A stretch of 63,562 nt of DNA, filler included, from Octopus bimaculoides (taxonomy: Eukaryota): assembly GCF_001194135.2 (NCBI RefSeq). It is 4 parts of 4 records of this genome, joined end to end, with 100 filler letters (N's around TTAATTAATTAA, not from the genome) between each part and the next. Parts side by side here need not be neighbours in the genome. Positions count along the whole stretch, not along the records: positions 51,798 to 62,148 come from NC_069005.1; positions 62,249 to 63,562 come from NC_068985.1; 2 more parts are not named here. One strand, 5' to 3'. The notes under the pieces were generated by a model, which worked only from the letters and a program-made list of their open reading frames with translations, was not told the DNA's origin and searched no databases. Within the stretch, counting starts at the first letter, position 1. Each line of letters opens with the position of its first letter. Positions 52,330 through 62,314 of the stretch are shown piece by piece. The position numbers and the translations under genes were made by a program.

Positions 52330-53300
52330 AATGATGTTTAACATTACAAATCAGAGAGACCCGGGCTGTGCCTACTGAAGACACGCATAAGCTTGAAAGA
52401 AATGAAGCCAGTATGCTCTGCTGGATGGGTGATGTCACTGTGCATATATCATCATCATCATCATCGTTTAACGTCCGCTTTCCATGCTAGCATGGGTTGG
52501 ACGATTTGACTGAAGACTGGTGCAACCAGATGGCTACACCAGGCTCCAATCTAATTTGGCAGAGTTTCTACAGCTGGATGCCCTTCCTAACGCCAACCAC
52601 TCAGAGAGTGTAGTGGGTGCTTTTACATGTCACCCGCACGAAAACGGCCACGCTCGAAATGGTGTCTTTTATGTGCCACCCGCACAAGAGCCAGTCCAGG
52701 GGCACTGGCAACGATCTCGCTCGAAAACCCTACAAGGCCAGTCAGGCGGTACTGGCAAGAGTCACGCTCAGGATGGTACATCTTACGTGCCACCCGCACA
52801 TATATGACAGAGTATAAGTGATTGAAGAGAAATACTGGGTATATGAGGCATCAGAAGTGGTAGACCCAGGAAGACGTGGGGCAGATTGGTCAGAAAGGAT
52901 CTTCAGCTGTTGGGCCTCACAGAAGAGATGACAAGAGACTAAGACTTCTGGTGCTTTGCTGTGCTTGAGAGGATATGTCAAGCTAGGTGAAATCATGATT
53001 GTCCTTGCAGTACAGGTGTTTCCTCTGCATCCCTCTTCAGATGAGAAGATCCTTATCTTGTGAGCTCGTGGGTGCTGGTGCCATGTAAGAAGTGCCTGTA
53101 CTGGTAGCACGTAAAAGTGTCCATATCGATACTGTATAAAAGCACCCAGTACGCTCTGTAAAGTGGTTGACATTAGGAAGGGCATCCAGCTGTAGAAGCC
53201 ATACCAAAATAGACACGCAACCCAGGCAATCTTCAGCTGGCCAGCTCCTGTCAAACCATCCAACCCATGCCAGCATAGAAAACGAACATTAAATGATGAG
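52330..53300. mobile_element. RTE LINE fragments plus an inverted pair of RTE-tailed SINE family E copies (52447-~52630 and ~53140-53300)
   Basis: KLERNEASML.WM and RPRKTWGRLVRKDLQLLGLTEEMTRD are RTE remnants. catcatcgtttaacgtccgctttccatgctagcatgggttgg is inverted relative to ccaacccatgccagcatagaaaacgaacattaaatgatga. Confidence 0.75.
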
Positions 53301-53521
53301 GGTACTCCAAAATTCTAGTGGACAAAGTTTGGATTTCCATGTCCATACTACAGTGCAGTTTAAATTTTTGGCATCCTTTTAATTGTATCATGTTATTTGT
53401 GAACCTTATGACATTCAAAAACTCTACACCTTACTGTCTCTTCTTAATTTTTCTCATTTGCCAGTTTACTTGTGGAAGTATTTTCAACTAAGATATCAGC
53501 CTGCTGCCAGCTACCTCCATA

Positions 53522-53689
53522 ATGGATGTTCCTGAGGATAAATTGGAACAGCGCCGTGCCATCAAGATGGTAACGGCAGCTGACAAATATCTCCAGAAGC
53601 ATGAATATCTGAATGCTTTGAATCTTTACAAGGAATCTGTGGACATTTTGCCTGATCCTGATATCATTTATAAAATTAGGAAACTACGA
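53522..53689 (+). CDS. ERCC6L: ERCC6L/PICH coding exon 1 (56 aa, N-terminal TPR-like helix pair)
   Basis: Acceptor ttttctcatttgccag at 53464; in-frame TAA at 53489 upstream of the ATG; donor GA|GTGAGT at 53690, phase 0. ALNLYKESVDILPDPDIIYKIRKLR aligns with the N-terminal TPR of vertebrate PICH as I recall it. Confidence 0.8.
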
Positions 53690-53869
53690 GTGAGTTTTGT
53701 GTCTCTGTAACCTTGAAAGCGTCATGTGTGTGTGTGTGTGTGTGTATAGTCATTGTTGCCTTAGATTAACCATGGAGCCATTGTACATGTACCATGATTA
53801 TGCCATGATGAACATTGAACCCCTCATTGTGTTGTTATGTCACACTAAGCATGGAAGCATCGTCATTCT

Positions 53870-54150
53870 TATGTCACTGTAATCATCGAACAACCATGTG
53901 GTGTCATTGTGACTAATCATCGAACAACCATGTGGTGTCATTGTGACTAATCATTGAACAACCATGTGGTGTCATTGTGACTAATCATTGAACAACCATG
54001 TGGTGTCATTGTCACTGTAATCATTGAACAACCATGTGGTGTCATTGTCACTGTAATCATTGAACAACCATGTGGTATCATTGTCACTAATCATCGAACA
54101 ACCATGTGGTGTCATTGTCACTGTAATCATCGAACAACCATGTGTCATTG
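53870..54150. repeat. 34/36-bp minisatellite (core gaacaaccatgtggtgtcattgt), 8 visible units, running into a gap
   Basis: Counted directly; located in ERCC6L intron 1. Confidence 0.95.
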
Positions 54151-54469
54151 NNNNNNNNNNNNNNNNNNNNNNNNNNNNNNNNNNNNNNNNNNNNNNNNNN
54201 NNNNNNNNNNNNNNNNNNNNNNNNNNNNNNNNNNNNNNNNNNNNNNNNNNNNNNNNNNNNNNNNNNNNNNNNNNNNNNNNNNNNNNNNNNNNNNNNNNNN
54301 NNNNNNNNNNNNNNNNNNNNNNNNNNNNNNNNNNNNNNNNNNNNNNNNNNNNNNNNNNNNNNNNNNNNNNNNNNNNNNNNNNNNNNNNNNNNNNNNNNNN
54401 NNNNNNNNNNNNNNNNNNNNNNNNNNNNNNNNNNNNNNNNNNNNNNNNNNNNNNNNNNNNNNNNNNNNA

Positions 54470-55028
54470 AAATCTTCCACCAAACCTTAATCACAATTTA
54501 TGTTCCTAACACTAGTTAAATGATAACTAAGTCATTTTACTAAATTCTTTGTTATATTTAAAATTAATTGCAAGAAACAGAGCATCTCAACAGAAGTACG
54601 GTAACAAAAGGGTTAATGTTACCATGATATTTTTAACTCTCTTGATACCAATTCAGCTGAAACCAGCTCTGGTTCTGTAGTACAAATGTCTTGTTTTCAT
54701 AAGTTTTGAACTAAAATCTTCCACCAAACCTTAGTCACAATTTATGTTCCTAACACTTGCTTAAATGATAACTAAGTTATTTTACTAAATTCTTTGTTAT
54801 GTTTAACCCTTTTGATGCCAACCCACACGAAACTGCCTCTGGCTCTGTAGTACAAATGTCTTGTTTCCATAAATCTTGAATTAAAATCTTCTACCAAATC
54901 TTAATCACAATTTAAGTTCCTCACACTAGATTAATGATAGCTAAGTTATTTTTCTAAATTCTTTGTTGTATTTAAAATTAATTGAAAGAAACACAGAGCA
55001 TCACAAAATAAATACAGTAATGAAAGGG
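54470..55028 (+). mobile_element. Three tandem/partial copies of a ~220-bp piggyBac-type MITE
   Basis: The complete copy 54807-55028 is TTAA|CCCTTT...AAAGGG|TTAA. Another AAAAGGG|TTAA end lies at 54606-54616. The internal sequence aaatcttccaccaaacctta.tcacaatttatgttcct occurs three times. Confidence 0.8.
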
Positions 55029-55032
55029 TTAA

Positions 55033-55268
55033 TGTGACAGTCACCTGAAAGTAATAATACTACTGTTGGTTAGACCTAGGAAGCTGCACCGCTTCCTGTC
55101 GGCCTTGACACATTTCCTATGTCCTTATGTTTACAAGAGGGAGACAAGCACCTCCACCCAGCTAAGCCTGCAACCAGAGACCTGTTACTGAGTCTTTTCC
55201 GACAGGAAGTGGTGCAGCTTCCTAGGTCTAACCAACAGTAGTATTATTCCCTTCAGGGGACTGTCACA
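55033..55268. mobile_element. 236-bp hairpin MITE with 70-bp TIRs (4 mismatches), flanked by TTAA
   Basis: 55029-55102 is the reverse complement of 55199-55272 apart from 4 substitutions. Confidence 0.9.
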
Positions 55269-55539
55269 TTAAGTTGACAGCATACAACTACTTCAAGTAA
55301 AATGTTTTGTTTTCATATTTTGAGATTTATATCATGACCTCCTGCTTATCATCATCAGGGTTATGGAGTCGGAGTTGGAAACAATTAAGGGGGTAGCTGG
55401 AGTGGGAGTCTGTATAGTTTTACCGACTCCTACTCACAATGTCTTTATTCTTTGATATAAACCAGTTATAACATATAGGCCTACTCAAAGTACAAGTGTA
55501 TGCATATGTTTTATGAGATATGCAGACTACAGTCACTTG

Positions 55540-55920
55540 ATTACCTCCGCCAAGGAAGGAAGATATATTTTCATCGGCGTTAGTTTGTCTGTCTGTGTGC
55601 AAAATAACTCAAAAAGTTGTGAACAGTATTTGATGAAATTTGCAAGAAAAGGAACAGATGATGAAATTTTGGTAGTGATCCGGGAATTTTTATGGATTCT
55701 AGAAGGAATTTTCATTTGTTATATTTACCTTACATGAAGTATTACAATGTTACGTTCTTTGGTTATCTCCCTTGAAAACACGTTTATTGTTTCCACGTAA
55801 CCTATGGTGGCGTTGCTGTTTCCAAAGTTTATTTTCGTTTCACTATTAGTAATTTTACCCACGTACCTATCTTAAAATGAGCTTGGTGGAGGTCTGCGCT
55901 CTCTGAGTACTTTTCTAGTT
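55540..55920 (+). mobile_element. Non-autonomous Helentron-like (HINE/DINE-1-like) element; related copy at ~57447-57812
   Basis: Subterminal IR cctccgccaagg (55544-55) / gcttggtggagg (55881-92), a short 3' stem-loop, CTAG(TT) terminus and an internal (GTCT)-like tract. This is the architecture described for Helentron-associated elements. Confidence 0.55.
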
Positions 55921-56218
55921 CATATTATTTTGAATTAACTATACATTATTTTTGTAGCTTGGAGATTTAGATGAAGTAACTGTTAATTTTTAGAATGATA
56001 TTGTAGGATTGGTGTGAGAGGCTAGATCTGGCTGATTTGAACATATGGCCAGTTTAAATGCTATGCCTTCCATGCTGGCATGGGTTGAACCTCGAGGTTT
56101 GAAATCTCTGACCTGCCTGAAATTTTACTCCTTGCATCTTTCATTCTTCTAGAAATTTCAATGCATTTTCTTATTTGTGTTTTTGTTCTTTTAATTATTT
56201 AATTTTTCTTCCTTGCAG

Positions 56219-56763
56219 AAATACATGAAACGGAAAGGTTACGACTTAGGGGAAAACAAAGAGAACATCGATTCCTGTGAACCAGCTGCTAATGAAATTG
56301 AGAACTCTGATGAGAACTTAATTAAAAAAGTTAAGTCACCTGACATTTTGAAAGAACAAAGTGATTTCTATTGTTCTTCAAATAGTCAGAATCCACCTTC
56401 CAATTCCCATCAAATGTCTGCTAAAAGTCCTCTATTGGACACTGACAAACAAATTGTAAAGAAACAGAATGATAAAAGTCCCCTCACTCAAAGTATGGAA
56501 CAGTTGTCGCTATGCAGTAAACAGCCGGTACCAGTTAAAGCTGAAGATGAGGTCAGAGTCCCTCTCGGAGATGAAACCAACAAAGCCTCTCTGGCTGACG
56601 AAGTCAAAAGGCCTCCCAAAAAGGCTGTTGTTGAATATGATGGCCCAATACGTGACTTCAAGGACCTTCGCAAATATCTTTATCCTCATCAGAAAGAAGG
56701 CATGAAATGGTTGGCTCGGTTGTACTCAGATGGCAAAGGTGGCATTCTTGGAGATGATATGGG
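56219..56763 (+). CDS. ERCC6L: ERCC6L/PICH coding exon 2 (long low-complexity linker plus start of the SNF2 ATPase)
   Basis: Acceptor tttttcttccttgcag at 56218, phase 0 matching exon 1. LYPHQKEG..WL..LY.DG.GGILGDDMG. Donor GG|GTTAGC at 56764, phase 2. Confidence 0.92.
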
Positions 56764-57119
56764 GTTAGCAAAGAGTTCTTTCTTGTTTTATTTATTTATT
56801 TATTTATTCTTGTGTAATTGTGAGCATGGAATTCCAGTGTTTTTGCTGAGTTAATTAGTCAGACAGTATTCATGAAGGAGAGGCATAGAACCTCCCCGTC
56901 ATTTAGCAAGACATCTTACACTGCTTGCCTCTCAGCTTAACTGATACTATATAAGCCAACATTTTTATTTTACAGATGACTGGATTAATGGTTTACCATT
57001 TCCATCATTGGTCTAAGGCCATGCTGGGGCATTGCCTTCATAAATAGTTGATAATACAAGACAATAAGAAAGCCTGTGTGTGGTTACTCTAAAAACAACA
57101 TTGATAATATAGTCTAGGG

Positions 57120-57436
57120 CAGTGGTTCCCAAACTATGAGCCGCGACCCATCAGTGGGTCGCAAAAAGTTATAAAATTACGCATTAGCTTTGATTAACTG
57201 CTGTCTATCGAGATTCAGCAATGGTTGAGATTAAAAGCAAATTTCGAAATAAACTGCAGCTCTCGAATTCTTTATGGCTGAAACTATCACGCATTGAACC
57301 TGATGTTAATTCTATTATTGAGCGTAGCAAAAAACCGGGCTCATCCTTCTCACAGGCCTCAATGAAAATGTAATCTGAAAAAAATTTGTTTCTTTCATTA
57401 ATGTTTTTACCCAGTAGAGTTAAGTGGGTCGCCATA
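57120..57436 (+). mobile_element. Non-autonomous Charlie-type hAT element retaining the transposase C-terminus; 3' end lost in a gap
   Basis: CAGTGGTTCCCAAAC terminus preceded by gtctaggg (Charlie-type NTCTAGAN-like target). Internal translation SAMVEIKSKFRNKL...LSRIEPDV...HPSH. Confidence 0.75.
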
Positions 57437-58004
57437 NNNNNNNNNNATTATTATCTCTGCCTTAGCGAAGGCGGAGGTATTGTTTTCAGTTGTGTTTGTT
57501 TGTCCATGGACAATATGTCTCAAGAACCGCTGGATGGATTCGGATGAAACTTTCAGGGATGTTTGGCCTCGTAACTGGCGTGAACTGATTCGATTTTGGG
57601 ATCAATCTGGTATCTGACAAAAATTCTGGATTATTTTAACTGTTTTTTTACTTGATTTTTGAGAATGGTTGGGTTCATTTTTAATATTCTCGTTTGTGGG
57701 AGCAGTTGAGTTTATTTCAAATATTCTCAATTTAAAAATCACCTCTGGCTAATTGTTGAGAGGACGCTGGTGTTGCCTTGGTAGAGGTTTGTACTCTCTG
57801 AGTACTCTTATTATTAAAGCAGTGAGTTGGCAGAATTGTTAGAATTGTTTCTGCTGAGGTCGACTTTGCCTTTCATCCTTTTGGGGTTGATATGGAAAGC
57901 GGACGTTAAATGATGATGATGATTGGATATGGACACGGGCTCCATGACAGTTACACTCGTTTACAACCATCATGTGAAGTTATGGTAACACTCACATATA
58001 CATA

Positions 58005-58680
58005 CATATACTCAATATGCAGTGACAGAATCAACAAGAATACTGTATAGCAGCCTGGACAATCTATTTTGTTTTCTTGTTATTTAATCCCAGATCATTA
58101 ATGATTAAGACAACCTATTAACAGAACTGTTCTATCCAGGACCATCCTGTCTTTTCTTTCTTTTTTTTTTCTTATTTAATCTTAGCTCATTAATGATTAA
58201 GACAACCTATTAACAGAACTGTTCTATCCAGGACCATCCTGTTTTCTTCTCTTTTTTTTCTTATTTAATCTTAGCTCATTAATGATTAAGACAACCTATT
58301 AACACAATTGTTCCAGCCAGGATTATCCTGTTTTCTTTTTATTTCAAACAATATATCTAACAATGTATAGCATGTATTTTGAAATACATGCATATACTCT
58401 ATATGCAGTGACAGAATCAACAAGAATACTGTATAGCAACCTGGACAATCTATTTTGTTTTCTTGTTATTTAATCCCAGATCATTAATGATTAAGACAAC
58501 CTATTAACAGAACTGTTCTATCCAGGACCATCCTGTTTTCTTTTCTTTTTTTTCCTTATTTAATCTTAGCTCATTAATGATTAAGACAACCTATTAACAC
58601 AATTGTTGCATCTAGGACCGTCCTGTTTTCTTTTTATTTCAAACAATATATCTAACAATGTGTCTCATGTGTCATACATC
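58005..58680. repeat. Higher-order tandem duplication: two ~380/290-bp blocks containing 3 and 2 copies of an ~85-95-bp subunit
   Basis: ttatttaatc..agctcattaatgattaagacaacctattaaca recurs at ~58078, 58171, 58261, 58466 and 58557. The block head catatactc.atatgcagtgacagaatcaac occurs at ~58005 and ~58391. Confidence 0.9.
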
Positions 58681-59119
58681 ATTTTAAAGACAAGTAGCAT
58701 GTATTTTGAAATAGATATAATTCTTCTAAAGCTCTTTTGCTGATCTTGGATGGAGTTAAATAGTTAATCAAAGTACTAAATTTTTTTTCTTTCTTTCCAT
58801 ACATTATATTTAAAAATAATTCCCACATATTTGTTGTGTTTTGGATGACGCTTGTTTTAAACTTAATCTACCATTTTTTTTGTAATTAATTTATCAACCC
58901 CAAAAGGATGAAAGGCAAAGTTGACCTCAGCGGAATTTGAACTCCAAATGTTACAGCAGATGAAATACCGCTAAGCATTTTGCCCAGTGTGCTAACGATT
59001 CTGCCAGCTCACCACCTTAATAATAATAATAATAATATGATAATAATGATGATGATGATTATTACATAAAATAGAGAAATTGGTTATAATGTTGATATGT
59101 GTTGTGCCTTTCATTTCAG

Positions 59120-59245
59120 TCTTGGTAAAACTCTTCTGATGATTGGTTACCTTGCCAAAATGTTTGAGGTTGGAGAAGTTGAAACAGCTCTTGTTGTAGT
59201 ACCGAGTTCTTTGATATTGCCTTGGCATCAGGAAATTGATAAATG
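59120..59245 (+). CDS. ERCC6L: ERCC6L/PICH coding exon 3 (helicase motifs I and Ia); absent from the ORF track
   Basis: tttcatttcag|T CTT GGT AAA ACT completes DDMG-LGKT; ALVVVPSSLILPWHQEIDKW; donor TG|GTAAG. 126 nt, phase 2 to phase 2. Confidence 0.95.
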
Positions 59246-59496
59246 GTAAGTAGGGCTGCCTTAATCTCTCTCTCTCTTTCTCTCTCATGCTAATGATCAA
59301 GAAATTTGTTTTGCAATCATTAAGTCCCGGATTCATTCCCACTGTGTGGCATCTTGGGCCAATGTCGGTTCCTACAGTCTCAGGCCGACCCATATGTGGT
59401 GAGTGAAATTGGGTTGCCATGCTGATTCCACCTGAAGATTTCAATTACAGTACACTTACTAATACAGTGAACTTAGTTCAGTTGATTGAACTCTCC

Positions 59497-60008
59497 TTTA
59501 CTCTTTTACTTGTTTCAGTCATTTGACTGCGGCCATGCTGGAGCACCACCTTTAGTCGAGCAAATCGACCCTAGTACTTATTCTATCGGTCTCTTTTTGC
59601 CAAACTGCTAAGTTACAGGGATGTAAACACACCAGCATCGGTTGTCAAGCAATGTTGGGCGGGGGGACAAACACACACACAAACACACATACATATATAT
59701 AAATACACATATGTATGACGGGCTTCTTTCAGTTTCCGTCTACCAAATCCACTCACAAGGCTTTGGTCGGCCCGAGGCTATATATATGTGTGTGTATGTT
59801 TGTGTGTCTGTGTTTGTTCCCCCAACATCGCTTGACAACCGATGCTGGTGTGTTTACGTCCCCGTAACTTAGCGCTTCGGCAAAAAGATACCAATAGAAT
59901 AAGTACTAGGCTTCCAAAGAATAAGTCCTGGGGTCGATTTGCTCGACTAAAGGCGGTGCTCCAGCATGGCCGCAGTCAAATGACTGAAATAAGTAAAAGA
60001 GTAAAGAG
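59497..60008. mobile_element. Inverted pair of SINE family C copies (- 59497-59780, + 59785-60008) inside ERCC6L intron 3
   Basis: ttactcttttacttgtttcagtcatttgactgcggccatgctggagcacc is the near reverse complement of ggtgctccagcatggccgcagtcaaatgactgaaataagtaaaagagtaa; ~200-bp arms. Confidence 0.9.
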
Positions 60009-60170
60009 TATAGTGAATCTAGATCCAAATTATGCAGTGTGTCTCACATTTTAGGACGATCAACAAGATTTTACTGCTATTTTTATCATGTTGAATGATC
60101 GTGTAGTTATTTCTCTTTCTGATGATTGATTCTGCTATTATGATATTCTGCTATTCTTGTGTTCTTTCAG

Positions 60171-60339
60171 GGCTCCAGGATTGAATTACGATTCATTCCA
60201 TGACAAGGGAAAATCTGGCAGAAAGAAAACCCTTCAATTCATCCAGAGAAGAGGAGGTGTTCTTCTTGTGACTTACGGTTTATTAGCGAACAACTACGAG
60301 GATCTTTCAACTGACCGAACTGGTCAGGAGTTTGTTTGG
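60171..60339 (+). CDS. ERCC6L: ERCC6L/PICH coding exon 4 (motif Ib region)
   Basis: gttctttcag|G completes TGG. APGL...FH...IQRRGGVLLVTYGLL...GQEFVW matches the PICH-typical GQEFVWDY. Donor GG|GTAACA; 169 nt. Confidence 0.95.
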
Positions 60340-60787
60340 GTAACACAACATTCACACCTTCTTCTAGTGTGGTTTCTGGTTCATTCCCACTGTGCAGTAC
60401 CTTCGGCAGATGTCTTGTACTATAGCTTTGTGAATGGATTTGGTAGAACGAAACTGAAAGAATCCCATCCTATATATATGTGTGTGTGTGTGAAGGCACA
60501 TAGCTTAGTGGTTAGGGTGTTGCACTCACAATTGCAGGATCATGGGTTTGATTCCCAGACCAGGTATTATGTTCTTTAACAAGACACTCCATTTCACATT
60601 GCTCTGTGATCATTTCATCATCTGACATGTGGCACACTGTGCACATGCACAAGTAATGTCTATTTCATGGGGGGAGTGAGCTTATGTATACACAAATATT
60701 TGATCAGTATAAACAAATCATCTGTGTGGTTGTTCGGCAAGAAATTGCCGAACCCTCATACATTGTCTAACAATGGGAGAGTCCATG

Positions 60788-60833
<46 letters not shown>

Positions 60834-61149
60834 GATGATATCTCCACAATGTGTTGATGAGATAAACATGTAATCGCTGCCAAAATAGCCAGAGATTTCT
60901 CCCCAAAGGTCTAAAGTAGACTCCTTATGGATCGATTTTTGATATTGATATATATATACTAGCTGACATACCTGGTAATTCTCAGGAAAGCAGGGCTTAT
61001 CCCTTGGTTCTGTTCTCAAAATTGTTTCGCTAATCCAATAACAACAATACAAAGTATGTAACCCGTAAAACGGTTTTTGTGCATTTATTGAGAATACCGA
61101 ACTGTCTTACACAGGATCTTGTTTTTAGGATTTCCCAATAAGTTGTTGT

Positions 61150-61525
61150 TGGCACTCCATCGCTTACGACATCGAGGGTTCCAGTTGATCCGATCGACGG
61201 AACAGCCTGCTCGTGAAATTAACGTGCAAGTGGCTGAGCACTCCACAGACACGTGTACCCTTAACGTAGTTCTCGGGGATATTCAGCGTGACACAGTGTG
61301 ACAAGGCTGACCCTTTGAATTACAGGCACAACAGAAACAGGAAGTAAGAGTGAGAGAAAGTCGTGGTGGAAGAGTACAGCAGGGTTCGCCACCATCCCCT
61401 GCCAGAGCCTCGTGGAGCTTTAGGTGATTTCGCTCAATAAACACACAACGCCCGGTCTGGGAATGGAAACTGCGATCCTATGACCGCAAGTCCGCTGCCT
61501 TAACCACTGGGCCATTGCGCCTCCA
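61150..61525 (-). mobile_element. SINE family B copy
   Basis: Colinear with 9162-9537; tRNA-like A/B boxes on the minus strand. Confidence 0.85.
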
Positions 61526-62017
61526 CACCACAATAAGTTATAAATACCCAAATTGAGAAGTCAGTTATGTAATAACATGAAATTGATTACCCAATAGTAA
61601 GAATTCAAATAAAATAGCCCTGAAAAGGACTTTAATACGCTCCCAGAGTATATAGAACTCAAAAGGTAATAGTAATACGGTATGTATACTAAAATCGTGA
61701 AGCCTGATATGTACTGCCTAATCAGATATGAGATAATAACTCTGACTTAGCCTTTCATCCTTTCAGGGGTCGATTAAATAAGTACCAGTTACACACTGGG
61801 GGTCGATATAATCGACTTAATCCGTTTGTCTGTCCTTGTTTGTCCGCTCTGTGTGTAGCCCCTTGTGGGCAGTAAAGAAATAAGAAGACACTTAGCCAAG
61901 GTGCCACGCAGTGGGACTGAACCTGGAACCATGTGGTTGGGAAGCAAGCTTCTTACCACACAGCCACACTTGAATGTGTATTAACAATGTGTTTTTTTTT
62001 GTTTTTTTTTGTGACAG

Positions 62018-62143
62018 GACTATATGATACTGGACGAAGGTCATAAAATTAAGAATCCCACCAAGACACAGAAAGCGGCCCACCATATTCCGTCTCGTAA
62101 TAGAATTATTATGACTGGAACCCCTATCCAGAACAACCTGGTT
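62018..62143 (+). CDS. ERCC6L: ERCC6L/PICH coding exon 5 (motif II DEGH, motif III TGTP); gene continues beyond the gap/window
   Basis: ttttttgtgacag|GAC TAT ATG: DYMILDEGHKIKNPTKTQKAAHHIPSRNRIIMTGTPIQNNLV, then GTAAG at 62144. An alternative donor at 62141 is possible but weaker. Confidence 0.93.
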
Positions 62144-62254
62144 GTAAGNNNNNNNNNNNNNNNNNNNNNNNNNNNNNNNNNNNNNNNNNNNNTTAATTAA
62201 TTAANNNNNNNNNNNNNNNNNNNNNNNNNNNNNNNNNNNNNNNNNNNNGCGTTC

Positions 62255-62314
<60 letters not shown>

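Noticed and set aside
53870-54150. CRISPR-like array
   Set aside because: Units are contiguous with no unique spacers, there are no cas genes, and the context is eukaryotic.
56764-56854. ORF continuation LAKSSFLFYLF... and alternative TTG start at 56213
   Set aside because: These are intronic read-through. The splice donor at 56764 and acceptor at 56218 restore the conserved DDMGLGKT motif and join exon 1 in phase.
60340-60579. C-terminal part of ORF 60157-60579
   Set aside because: Intron sequence after the donor at 60340, running into SINE fragments.
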